A DNA stretch of 64,000 bases from an uncultured virus (IMG/VR IMGVR_UViG_3300031841_004526) (Duplodnaviria; Heunggongvirae; Uroviricota; Caudoviricetes): IMG/VR virus record IMGVR_UViG_3300031841_004526, one strand, 5' to 3'. Shown here piece after piece: positions 26,243-36,445 of this stretch. Position 1 is the first letter of the stretch; each line of letters begins with the position of its first letter. The notes below the pieces were generated by a model that ran no database searches, was not told the DNA's origin, and saw only the letters and a program-made list of their open reading frames with translations. A program made the position numbers and the translations under genes.

Positions 26243-27178
26243 ATGGGAAAAAGAGTATTTCATGCCTGTCAAGGGGTTGCTATAGATGGCAATCCTTTGG
26301 CGGGTGTTCAAAATTTAAGTGTTAGAACTTCTAATGACACTCATGTTGTAGACAATTTTGGCTCTTTAGGTATTGATGGTATCTACGCAGATAATCCTAC
26401 GTCTACTATCACACTTAGTAGAGTTCTAGACGCATCTGCAGACGTTAGATATCCTATCAACACAGAACTTCATGACGTTTTACCGTCTATCGCCACTAAC
26501 GGTAAATATCTATGCTTATTTATAGGGGATGATACTAAAGATGTAGCGGGCAATACTGCTGGCACCAGTATTAAATTCAATAATATTGTCTATAATCGTT
26601 ATACTTATAATTTTGTTGTTGATGGTAATTTTACTGAAGATATCGAAATTATTAGCAATGAAAAAATCATAGGCAACAATGATTGTGATATTACATCTAT
26701 GGACAGCTTGCCTAGCGGAGCAGATGTAGCTCGTAGACAAATGTTTAGTTCATCATACAATTTAGGTGAGAAATTTCCTTCTAGTGGTAATTTACAAACC
26801 TTAACAATAGATATTCCATTTAATATACAAACAGTACAAGAATTTGGTAAACCTATCTCAGATAAGACTAAAAAATATCGCTATGCCACTATGCCTGTGG
26901 AAATTACTGTAGAAGCTACCATACAATATACTCCAACTAATAGTAATGATCAATATGATAATTATAGCTTTAGCTCTAGTGGTATATTTTGTGACAACGC
27001 AACCGGATTACCTACCACAGACAGTTTAAGCTTTGGTTTTTGTTCTGGCATTACTTTCCAGATAGATAATTGCATTCTAAATAGTGTTAATTATGACGGA
27101 GGCGGAACAGACGGCTCTTATGTACAATTCACCTACTCATATAGCTGCTATAATCAATTTAAGATTGCATCTTCATGA
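26243..27178 (+). CDS. second, paralogous tail tube-like protein
   Basis: Same length (311 aa) and collinear motifs with 25280..26215. Confidence 0.65.
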   Translation: MGKRVFHACQGVAIDGNPLAGVQNLSVRTSNDTHVVDNFGSLGIDGIYADNPTSTITLSRVLDASADVRYPINTELHDVLPSIATNGKYLCLFIGDDTKDVAGNTAGTSIKFNNIVYNRYTYNFVVDGNFTEDIEIISNEKIIGNNDCDITSMDSLPSGADVARRQMFSSSYNLGEKFPSSGNLQTLTIDIPFNIQTVQEFGKPISDKTKKYRYATMPVEITVEATIQYTPTNSNDQYDNYSFSSSGIFCDNATGLPTTDSLSFGFCSGITFQIDNCILNSVNYDGGGTDGSYVQFTYSYSCYNQFKIASS

Positions 27179-28209
27179 ACAACTTACACAAAAATTTAGA
27201 TAGATTATTTTCTGGATATTATTATGTTAAGTTTAAGGACGATAAATTCAAAGTTGTGTTACCAGATGTTTTCATTAATAATAAGGCAGATAGATTTTAC
27301 GATAAAATATTAGACGAAATTAAATTTGACAATTCAGAATATTGGCTATCAGAAGATAAAAGATTTTTTATATTGAACCACCACAACATATGGAATTCAG
27401 ATAAACAAAAGCACATAGATACTGCTCTAAAAGATTTAGACAAAATGAAAATACAACTATATAAAAACTTTTGGAGCAAGGATACTAGGGATTTGATCAA
27501 AGACAAAATCAAACAAATTAAAGACCAGATAAAAGACTTACATCATCAGAAGTATACCTTTTATGAATTTACCAAAGAATCATATGCTACCGTCATGAAA
27601 AATCGATATATTATTAAAAACACGGTGTATTACAAAGGTAGATTATTTTTAAAGGACAAAACTGTTCCATACAGGAAACGATTGTTATATCTGAATAAGA
27701 TTATGGGAATGATAGAAGAATTATCAACTGAGGATATTAGGGAGTGTATTCATAGCGAAACATGGAAAAGCGTCTGGGACTCTGCTAGATCTAGAATATT
27801 TGGTAAGCCTGTGGTGAAGTGTAACGATGAACAGAAGGTAGCTATTAATTTTGCACAAACTATAGATAATATTCGCAAACACCCTAAATGTCCTAATAAT
27901 GATGTAATTGAAGACTCTGACGCTTTAGATGGTTGGATATTATTTCAGAACGAAGAACACGAAAAAGAAGCCAAGAAAGCTGAAATTGAAAGCAAAATCA
28001 AAGATAAAAATGCTGGTGAAGTTTTTGTTATGGCACAGAACCAACAAGAAATTAAAGACATCATGGCACTTAACGACCCACTAACTAGAAAAGACATCCG
28101 AGATATGCACAGCTTTGTGAAATCCCATGGCAAGCAAGTGGATTTCTCTGAAGTTCCATCTATGAAACAACGCATAATTAGAGAGAATAAAGAAAATGCA
28201 AAAAAATAA
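27175..28209 (+). CDS. hypothetical protein, possibly tail assembly
   Basis: Between tube and tape measure; HP.CP...VIED.DALDGW. Confidence 0.55.
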   Translation: MNNLHKNLDRLFSGYYYVKFKDDKFKVVLPDVFINNKADRFYDKILDEIKFDNSEYWLSEDKRFFILNHHNIWNSDKQKHIDTALKDLDKMKIQLYKNFWSKDTRDLIKDKIKQIKDQIKDLHHQKYTFYEFTKESYATVMKNRYIIKNTVYYKGRLFLKDKTVPYRKRLLYLNKIMGMIEELSTEDIRECIHSETWKSVWDSARSRIFGKPVVKCNDEQKVAINFAQTIDNIRKHPKCPNNDVIEDSDALDGWILFQNEEHEKEAKKAEIESKIKDKNAGEVFVMAQNQQEIKDIMALNDPLTRKDIRDMHSFVKSHGKQVDFSEVPSMKQRIIRENKENAKK

Positions 28210-28501
28210 CTGTAGACAAATCATCAATGATGTTGAAACCCGCTTTAAAACCATTATGATAGGTAGTATTGCCAGGGTTGAAAATTATTTCGGTTATTTA
28301 TGGGGACATCCAGAAAAAGACAATATAACAGACAAGCAAAAGGAGTTTAAGCAACTTTGGGAAGAATTGCGTACGGAGATGTTAAATCATGGTAATTTCC
28401 ATATAAGAAAAGGCTTGGAAGACTTAGAAGAGTCTTTAGCCAGAGAGCAGGATCGTTATGAGTATACATTTTATGTAAAGGATAATAACAGGAGAAACTA
28501 A
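28196..28501 (+). CDS. hypothetical protein
   Basis: Coupled ORF. Confidence 0.6.
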   Translation: MQKNNCRQIINDVETRFKTIMIGSIARVENYFGYLWGHPEKDNITDKQKEFKQLWEELRTEMLNHGNFHIRKGLEDLEESLAREQDRYEYTFYVKDNNRRN

Positions 28502-28502
28502 T

Positions 28503-29378
28503 ATGAGCGATACGTTCAAGGTTGTTAAAGACGGACAAGAAGTTGAATTAACAGTTAAAGCTCCATCACCTAAAAATCAGAGAGAAAGCCAAAAGATTTA
28601 CAATAGGGCATTTTCTGACGCTATATCGTCTGGATCTATTATTAGGGCTAGGCTAGATGGAGTAATGAAAGATCAGGGATTATGGAATGACGAAAAAGAA
28701 AAAGAATATCAAACTATCCAAAAACTTATTCTAGACAAGGAAAGAATCCTAGCCAAAGGCGGCATTAGTCTAGAACAAGCCAAGCGTGAAGCACTAGAGA
28801 TGCAAAAACACCGAAATAAGTTAAAAGATCTTATTTCCACCAGAACCACCCTCGACTCACATACTGCTGAAGGACAGGCAGATAATGCTAGATTTAATTT
28901 CTTAGTATCTTGTTGTGTGGTGTATAAAGAAGGTAACAAACCTTACTTTTCAGGATATGAGGACTATGTAAGTAGGGCACTTGAACCTGCAGCCATTATT
29001 GGTGCGCAGAAATTGGCAAACATGGTTTATGGGTTAGATGATGACTTTGAGAAAAATTTACCTGAAAACAAGTTTTTACAGAAGTATAAATTTGTTGACA
29101 AAGATTTACGACTTATTGATAAAAAAGGTAGACTTATCGATAATGAAGGTAGACTCATTAATGAAGAAGGTAGATTTATTGATGAAGAAGGTAATATTGT
29201 CGATATCGACGGCAATCCATTGGATGCCCAAGATAACTATAAGTTTGAATTTAGCCCATTCTTAGACGAGAATGGTAAACCTATATCAGAGGAAAGTGAT
29301 TCCGATGAAACAGCCTCAGTTGAAGAAAAACCTAAACGATCTCCAAGGAAAAAGAAGGCAGAATCTGCAGAGGCATAA
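28503..29378 (+). CDS. putative tail assembly chaperone
   Basis: Directly before the tape measure; AGGAG RBS; GRLI(D/N)xE heptad repeats. Confidence 0.55.
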   Translation: MSDTFKVVKDGQEVELTVKAPSPKNQRESQKIYNRAFSDAISSGSIIRARLDGVMKDQGLWNDEKEKEYQTIQKLILDKERILAKGGISLEQAKREALEMQKHRNKLKDLISTRTTLDSHTAEGQADNARFNFLVSCCVVYKEGNKPYFSGYEDYVSRALEPAAIIGAQKLANMVYGLDDDFEKNLPENKFLQKYKFVDKDLRLIDKKGRLIDNEGRLINEEGRFIDEEGNIVDIDGNPLDAQDNYKFEFSPFLDENGKPISEESDSDETASVEEKPKRSPRKKKAESAEA

Positions 29379-29403
29379 TTGTTTTTGTAAATCATCATCA
29401 TTC

Positions 29404-29440
29404 AAAGACCCTCTATATTTCGGTATAGGGGGTTTTGTTT
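29404..29440 (+). terminator. rho-independent terminator-like hairpin before the tape measure gene
   Basis: GACCCTCTATA-loop-TATAGGGGGTT followed by a T-rich tail. Confidence 0.65.
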
Positions 29441-29454
29441 TGGGAGATTAATAC

Positions 29455-32400
29455 ATGGCTAAACCCTTCAATTTGACAGTCGCATTAAATCTGCAAGGCC
29501 CCAATAATGTTAAGAAGGTTGTTGCAGATATTCGTAGGCAGTTAACTGGTATCAAGGCTGACGTTGACTTAAATATCAAAGCTGACTCTGCTAAAAACAT
29601 AGCCGGTATTAATAAACAGATATCTTCGCTATCTTCTGCTGCCAAAATAGCTAGCGCTAATGTTACAACATTAAATAATGCTATTAAAACACTAGGTGCT
29701 AGCTTTCAACAAACCAACAGCCTGGCGAATAATTTTAACAAAGCCGCCAAACAAACATCTGGCAACCTAAAGAAAAGCGCAAAAGATGTCAAAGTAGCAG
29801 CAACAGCAGTTGAAGAATTTGGTAAACAGTCGGCGTTAGCAGTAAAAAGATTTGCAGCATTTAGTATTGTTACGTCTATCATTAATAGATTTAGTAATGC
29901 TGTTAGTGATGGCTTTAAAGCATTCGTGGATTTTGATCGTCAGTTGGTCAGAATTAGCCAGGTTACTAAAGGTAGCGCTTCTGATATTCGTAATCTCTCT
30001 AAAGAGATAGGTAGCTTAGCTCAAAACTTCGGTGTCGCATCAGAAGATTTAGCCGAAGTATCACTTACTCTTGCTCAGGCCGGTTTGTCTGCTAATCAAG
30101 CTAGAGCAGCATTAGAGGCACTTGCTAAAACATCATTAGCTGCTACGTTCGATAATATTAATAATACTACTGAGGGTAGTATTGCTCTTATGAGACAGTT
30201 TAAGATTAGCGTTAATGATCTTGAAAGTGCATTAGGTAGTATTAATGCTGTGGCTGGATCGTTTGCTGTTGAAGCTAGTGATATTATTACCGCTATCTCT
30301 CGTGCTGGTGGTGTGTTTGCTGCTGCTAGTCGTGGTGTTAGCGAAGGCAAAGATGCTCTAAATGAATTTATTGCAGTCTTTACTAGTGTTCGTGCAACTA
30401 CTCGTGAAAGTGCTGAAACTATTGCTACTGGTTTAAGAACAGTATTTACTCGTATTCAGCGTGGCAGCACAATTAAATTCTTAAGAGAGTTTGGCGTTGA
30501 ACTACAAGACGCTGAAGGTAAATTTGTTGGTGCATATGAAGCTACTAGAAGATTAAGTGAGGGTCTTGCTAGTCTTGATCCTAGAGATGTACGTTTTACC
30601 AGAATTGTAGAAGAACTTGGTGGATTCCGTCAGATCGGCAAAGTGATTCCGCTTATTCAACAGTTCGCAACCGCACAAGAAGCATTAGGTGTAGCACAAA
30701 GAGGCGCTGGGTCTTTATCTAGTGATGCCGCTAAAGCACAGGCTGCCCTTGCTGTTCAGTTCCAAAAAACTAGAGAAGAATTTTCGGCACTTATCAGAGA
30801 GATTGGACAAAGTGCTACTTTCCAAACTATTACTAAAATCGTATTAGGATTAGCTAGTGCGTTTATTAAAGTTGCCGGTGCTCTTAAGCCTATACTGCCT
30901 CTGTTAACAGCACTTACTGCTGTTAAGGGATTCAAGTTTATTACCGAATTTGTTAGTGGTTTTAAGGGTGGTCTTGGTGGTGCTGGAGCCGGAGGTATTG
31001 GTGCTACTATAGGCGGCGCACTTGGCGGTGGTGGCGGTGATAGTGATAAGGGTGGTAAAAAACAAGCCACCGAAAATAATACAACAGCTTTAACTGCTAA
31101 TACTACAGCATTAACTACAGTAACATCGGCTGTTCAACAATTAACTACTGCTATTAATGCATTAGCTAATAAGTCTGGTGGAGAATATCCTTCTGGTTTA
31201 ACATTTGCTAGTGGTGGTAGTGTGCCTGGTACTGGTAATCGTGATACTGTAAAGGCTATGCTTACTCCTGGTGAATTTGTTATCAGAAAGAAAGCTGTAG
31301 AAGCTATTGGTGCCGATAATTTAAGTAGGATAAATAAGTACTCTTATGGTGGCAAAGTTAATAATGCAGATGAATTTGAAAACTATAATATCACAACGGT
31401 AGATCTCAAAGACAAAAGAAAAGGTTTAACCAAAGCACTAGGAGCAACTGCTAGAGGATCTTTATTAGGTAATATGTTCGAAGGTTTTCTATACAATAAG
31501 TTTAAAGTCAGATCTCAGGATCAAAAATTTCCAGATGTACCTAATGTGCGAAATAATCCTCAAGCCATGAAAGCTGTTGGAGACAAACTTACAGATGAAA
31601 TAGAACATGTAGAATTTAAGTATAAAAAAGAACTCGAAAATAATGCTAAATATGACGCTAAATATACTAAAGACAATACTGCTGTTTTTTCAGCATTCAA
31701 TAAAGGAGGATCAGCACAAGACACTGTTCCTGCACTTCTAACTCCTGGTGAATTTGTTCTTAACAAAAAGGCTGCACAGAAACTAGGTGGCGTTACACTC
31801 AATAAACTCAACAATGCTGATAAAATACAAGGATTTAATAAGGGTGGTGTTGTTCAAAGATTTGTGGGAGGTGGTGGAGTTCAACCTCCTATCGGCGGAG
31901 GGGTGGTAGATCCATCTGTTAAGGCCACTATTGATAAGCTTGATAAAAATCTTAGGGGTGTTGGGGCTTTCTTAGAAGATATGTTTGTAACTGCTGGGGC
32001 AACAGCTGAGGAACAACAAAACGCAGTACAAGCTTTGCAAGATTTAGTTAATGACGTTAACAAAGCTCGTGCGAGTGGTGATAAAGATAAAATTGCTGAG
32101 GCAGAGAAGGCTCTTAGAGATGACCTTAAAGGCGCAATGGAAATGTTTGAGGACTTTAAGAAAGCTGAGGGCCTTGATAAGCCCGAGAAACCTAGAGCCT
32201 CTAAAGCTCCTGGCGGACTTGGATATCCAGGTTCAATGGTTACTCAGCCTGGGGGATTTAATGCAACAGTACTTCCAGAGGCAGCTAAAACCAAAAGTGC
32301 TTTTCAAAAACTTACAGCAGCAATAGAAAAACTTAATGATAAAACGGGTAGTGCAGTTGGTACATTAGGAGTTGGTCTAAGTGCAGCTTTACCACAAATA

Positions 32401-35400
32401 GATAAGCTTGTAGAAACTTTTGATAGACTAAATAATTCTGCAGTAGCTGCTAGTGAAGAATTCCAAACTTTCCGAGGCGCTTTGGAACAAGGTGCTAGTC
32501 AGGGTCTTAGTGCTTCGGTTGCAGCGCAACAAGCTGGTTTTGGCAGAAGAGGAGCTGCTGCTATAGGCGGTTTAGGATTTTTAGGAGGTGCAATTTCTGG
32601 CGGCATTGCTGGTGGCGTAGAGGCTAGGGCGGCACAATTTCAACAAGAAGCTGCCGCCGCAAACGTATCTCGTGAGCGAGCCCAAGAAGACTACTCAACT
32701 GCCGAAACTCAACAACAAAGAAGGGCTGCACTAAAAGAATTAACCTTAGCAAATGCACAAGCTGCTGATGCTACAGCTAAAGCTAATGCTGAATTTAACT
32801 CAGAATTAGCACAAGCTGGTCGTAGTGCTGGTATATTTAGTAATGCTTTGATACAAGGTATCAGTGCTTTGGCTTTACTTCGTCAATTTCGTGGTGGAGG
32901 ACGCAGAAGAGGATTCTCCAAAGGTGGTGTTGTTTATGCTAACGATGGCATGTTGGTAGACTATCAACCTAAAGGCACAGACACTATTCCTGCAATGCTT
33001 ACAAGGGGAGAATACGTAGTTAATGCAGATGCTACAGCAAAAAATCTTGGCGTATTAGAGGCTATCAATAAAAGTAAAGGCGGCTATATTGGTGGTGGCG
33101 TTCAATATTTACAAGGTGGCGGTCTTGCTGGTGCTACTGGTGGTAACCTTGTTAGGGCGGCAGATAGAGTTGCTGATTCATTAAATAAAACATCAGACAG
33201 TCTAGATAAAACCGGTAAAGATGTTGAAAAATCTGGTGAAAGATGGGGCGGTGCTATTGGTGATGCCTTAACAATGACCAGCGATAGTACGGCGGTTAAT
33301 GTAGCAAGCTTTGCTGCGCAATCTACTGCAGCTGGTTTGGTTCCTTTTGCTGGAGCAGGAATAGACTACGCTTCTGCGTATACCAATCTCCAACGTGGTG
33401 ACGTAACTTCTGCTGGCATAGATGCTTTATTTGGTACTGTTGATTTAATTACAGATACCGTGCAAGGTCTTACATACCTTACTGGTGTTGGTGCGCCTGT
33501 TGCTGCTGGTGGAGGAGTAGCCGCACAGGTAGGTACCGATGCAACACAAGCGGGCCTCAAGAAAGCTATAAAAGAATTTGGTCCAGCTATTGCTAAACGA
33601 GCAAAAGGCGCTTTTGAGGCTGTTGCGGATTATGGTAAAAAAGCATGGACCAACACGACGGGTTTTGCAAAAAATGCCTGGGACAAAGCAGCAAAAACAG
33701 GTTCTAGTATTTGGAGCACAATTAGCGACAACGCTAGTTCAGCTTTAGCAGCTGGTGGCACCTTGCTTGCTGGTGGATTAGCTTTTGGAAGAAGAGGTGC
33801 GAAACCAGGAGCTAAATTTGCCAAAGGTCGCAGGGCTGTAGAAGCTGGTAGGTCTGGAAGAAGAACAAGTAGAGCAAGAGGGGGCGGTGGATTTCGTGGT
33901 AGATTAGGAACTTTGGCTAATATAGGAGCTTTCGCACTTCCTGCCGCATTTGCAGCATCTGAAGCTTTTTATGAAGATCCAGAAATAGCCGCAAGACAAC
34001 AAGCTGCATCTCAAGAAAGATTCAGAAACACAGCAGACGCAGCAATTAAGAGAGGTCAATCAGCAAGATTACAAAGTCCTTTGGCTGGCAGAGAAGTTTC
34101 ACAATTGAGAGATTTTAGAGCTGAAGGATTATCACAATCTGAGATTAGAAGAAGAATGGGTAAGGGCGGTATAGCCGCATCTACTGAAGCCTCTGGTGGT
34201 TTCACTCAAGAACAAAGACGTCAAGAAACATTAGCTGCTAAAGGATTTGACATTAAAGCTGGACAAACTGTTGAGGAGTTCTTAGGTACGTTAAATGATA
34301 CGGACAGGGCAGCCGCAGATGCAGCGGTAGCTCAGGCAGACTACTCATTAAAGCTAGATGCATTAATAGCTAATAGAAAAAAAGAAATTGACTTATTAGC
34401 AGAAGGTAGTACTGCTCGTGCAAATGCAGAACAAACCCTACAAAATGACATAAGAGCTATAGAATCCGGAGAAAAGTCTATTGATGATTTTAGTGGAGAA
34501 ATTGAAAAACAAATTGGTGCCACAGATATGGCAGCAGCTTCTGCGGCAGAACTTGCTAGAAATCTTCAACAATTCCAAAAAGCTACTGCGGCCATTACGG
34601 CGGTAATGACGCGAGCTAGCGGTGCTATGAAACGCATTTCAGATAGTATTGATCTTATTGTGGCTCAATCTGATGACTTTGCCGCAGCAAGAAGTGGTAG
34701 TGCGACTGCAACCGGGGCTATTCAAGCTGCTAATTTTGAAAGAGATGTTCAAGTACTTGGTAATATGCAGGCCTTTAGTCCAGAAGAAGTAAGTCGAACT
34801 CTTGCTCGTGTTACATCCACAATGGGCGATAGTGAAGCTGTTCAGCAGGCTGCCGATCTTGTTCAGGGACAACAAGTATTAGACAGACTCAAGCCCACTC
34901 TTGAAGCTGCGATGCAAGGTGAAGATGCTCCTAGCCAAGCTGATTTAGAAAAAATTATTGCTGAAGGTTTTGAGGGCGTCCCAATGGCGGACCCGAATTT
35001 TGCTGAAGATTTTGCAAGAGAAACTGCCAGAAGCATGGTTTCTACTGGCGGCGAAGGTAAACAAACATCTCAGGCTATGGAACAAAAAGCTAAACAGGCT
35101 CAAGAATTCTTACGTCAGCAGGCTATGCTTACTGCTAAAGCACTCAAAGCTATTGCTCAACAGTCAGACAAATATACACAACAACTAATGAAGATTACGG
35201 ATATGGAAATCCGTAGAGAGCAAATTGGTATTGAAACAGCTAATAATCTTAAGCAAGCACTAGGATTTAAGCTTACTCCTGGCGAAGCAACAGCAGCTAG
35301 TCAAGCTAGAGTTAAAGGTTTAACTGGAGGCATTACTGATCCCAACGCTATCTTTAATAAGATGCAAGAAGATTTAGCTAAACGAGAGCAGATGATTCAA

Positions 35401-36441
35401 GATGCTGAAGCTCAGGGCCCAGAAGCGCTGAAGTTAGCAATGACATCTGGTGAGTTTGCAGAATTAAATAAGTCTATTAATCAATCTAGACAAGCATTAG
35501 AATTTTTGGCAAATGATACTACAGCAGCCGATGCTGCCCTACAACGAATTGCAGACAGAGATAAACAACTTAAAGCACAGTCTGATACCGCTCTTGATCT
35601 TGTGAGTGACCCAACCAAGGCACTAGAGTTTATTGGTCAAGCTCAGTCATTGAGTAGAGTATTAAGTGGGCGTGGTGGACAAATGGATATAGGGCAAGGT
35701 CGGGCCTTATTAGGTCAGCTAGAAGGCATGATTCCTCAAGAACAGTTTGCCAAGCTTCAAGAAAAATTCTTTGGTGGTGCTGGAGCCTCTATGGGCCTAA
35801 GTGCAGAAATGAAACCGTTTGCTGCTGGAGTAGCTTCAGATGTAGCGGGCAAAAAACAAGATCCTATTATGGCGAAAGAAATTGCTGCCTATGAAAAGGC
35901 TGCAAAGATTCGTGAAGAAGCTATGACTAAATTAATTGCTCTAGAAACAGAATCTGCAGAAAACATCAAAAATAGTATGGGTAAAATAGACACAGCTACT
36001 AGTGAGCTTGCTCCTACTATTGATGGTATTGTAAATGAGCTTACAAAACTGCAAGAAAAGCTACAACAAATAAATGCTGGTCAACAAATTCCTGCACCTG
36101 CTAATGGCGTAGTGGCTGTTCCTCCAGCACCAACCGGTGCAGGTAGTGTTGCCGCCGCTATTCCAAGTGCTTTAGCATCGCCAACCCCAGCTCAGGCAGC
36201 CCCAACTGCTGCCGCCGCACCAGCAGCACCTGCCACGGCCGCAGCTGATCAAGGTGGCGCTAGACAGGTAGAACTAGCTCTTGCAGGCGCCACTACAGTA
36301 AATGTATCATTTAGTCCAGACGATATGAAAGCACTAACAGGAATGGGAGAGGCTATGCAGCAAGAATTTGGTAGAAAGATAGCAGGTGCTATACAAACGG
36401 CTAGTAATGGTCAACTTGATATACTGAAATACATGAGTTAA
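29455..36441 (+). CDS. tape measure protein (2328 aa)
   Basis: TP901-type core (LAQAG.S...AL..LAK), Ala/Gly-rich helices, three DT.PA.LT.GE.V repeats. Confidence 0.9.
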   Translation: MAKPFNLTVALNLQGPNNVKKVVADIRRQLTGIKADVDLNIKADSAKNIAGINKQISSLSSAAKIASANVTTLNNAIKTLGASFQQTNSLANNFNKAAKQTSGNLKKSAKDVKVAATAVEEFGKQSALAVKRFAAFSIVTSIINRFSNAVSDGFKAFVDFDRQLVRISQVTKGSASDIRNLSKEIGSLAQNFGVASEDLAEVSLTLAQAGLSANQARAALEALAKTSLAATFDNINNTTEGSIALMRQFKISVNDLESALGSINAVAGSFAVEASDIITAISRAGGVFAAASRGVSEGKDALNEFIAVFTSVRATTRESAETIATGLRTVFTRIQRGSTIKFLREFGVELQDAEGKFVGAYEATRRLSEGLASLDPRDVRFTRIVEELGGFRQIGKVIPLIQQFATAQEALGVAQRGAGSLSSDAAKAQAALAVQFQKTREEFSALIREIGQSATFQTITKIVLGLASAFIKVAGALKPILPLLTALTAVKGFKFITEFVSGFKGGLGGAGAGGIGATIGGALGGGGGDSDKGGKKQATENNTTALTANTTALTTVTSAVQQLTTAINALANKSGGEYPSGLTFASGGSVPGTGNRDTVKAMLTPGEFVIRKKAVEAIGADNLSRINKYSYGGKVNNADEFENYNITTVDLKDKRKGLTKALGATARGSLLGNMFEGFLYNKFKVRSQDQKFPDVPNVRNNPQAMKAVGDKLTDEIEHVEFKYKKELENNAKYDAKYTKDNTAVFSAFNKGGSAQDTVPALLTPGEFVLNKKAAQKLGGVTLNKLNNADKIQGFNKGGVVQRFVGGGGVQPPIGGGVVDPSVKATIDKLDKNLRGVGAFLEDMFVTAGATAEEQQNAVQALQDLVNDVNKARASGDKDKIAEAEKALRDDLKGAMEMFEDFKKAEGLDKPEKPRASKAPGGLGYPGSMVTQPGGFNATVLPEAAKTKSAFQKLTAAIEKLNDKTGSAVGTLGVGLSAALPQIDKLVETFDRLNNSAVAASEEFQTFRGALEQGASQGLSASVAAQQAGFGRRGAAAIGGLGFLGGAISGGIAGGVEARAAQFQQEAAAANVSRERAQEDYSTAETQQQRRAALKELTLANAQAADATAKANAEFNSELAQAGRSAGIFSNALIQGISALALLRQFRGGGRRRGFSKGGVVYANDGMLVDYQPKGTDTIPAMLTRGEYVVNADATAKNLGVLEAINKSKGGYIGGGVQYLQGGGLAGATGGNLVRAADRVADSLNKTSDSLDKTGKDVEKSGERWGGAIGDALTMTSDSTAVNVASFAAQSTAAGLVPFAGAGIDYASAYTNLQRGDVTSAGIDALFGTVDLITDTVQGLTYLTGVGAPVAAGGGVAAQVGTDATQAGLKKAIKEFGPAIAKRAKGAFEAVADYGKKAWTNTTGFAKNAWDKAAKTGSSIWSTISDNASSALAAGGTLLAGGLAFGRRGAKPGAKFAKGRRAVEAGRSGRRTSRARGGGGFRGRLGTLANIGAFALPAAFAASEAFYEDPEIAARQQAASQERFRNTADAAIKRGQSARLQSPLAGREVSQLRDFRAEGLSQSEIRRRMGKGGIAASTEASGGFTQEQRRQETLAAKGFDIKAGQTVEEFLGTLNDTDRAAADAAVAQADYSLKLDALIANRKKEIDLLAEGSTARANAEQTLQNDIRAIESGEKSIDDFSGEIEKQIGATDMAAASAAELARNLQQFQKATAAITAVMTRASGAMKRISDSIDLIVAQSDDFAAARSGSATATGAIQAANFERDVQVLGNMQAFSPEEVSRTLARVTSTMGDSEAVQQAADLVQGQQVLDRLKPTLEAAMQGEDAPSQADLEKIIAEGFEGVPMADPNFAEDFARETARSMVSTGGEGKQTSQAMEQKAKQAQEFLRQQAMLTAKALKAIAQQSDKYTQQLMKITDMEIRREQIGIETANNLKQALGFKLTPGEATAASQARVKGLTGGITDPNAIFNKMQEDLAKREQMIQDAEAQGPEALKLAMTSGEFAELNKSINQSRQALEFLANDTTAADAALQRIADRDKQLKAQSDTALDLVSDPTKALEFIGQAQSLSRVLSGRGGQMDIGQGRALLGQLEGMIPQEQFAKLQEKFFGGAGASMGLSAEMKPFAAGVASDVAGKKQDPIMAKEIAAYEKAAKIREEAMTKLIALETESAENIKNSMGKIDTATSELAPTIDGIVNELTKLQEKLQQINAGQQIPAPANGVVAVPPAPTGAGSVAAAIPSALASPTPAQAAPTAAAAPAAPATAAADQGGARQVELALAGATTVNVSFSPDDMKALTGMGEAMQQEFGRKIAGAIQTASNGQLDILKYMS

Positions 36442-36445
36442 AACT

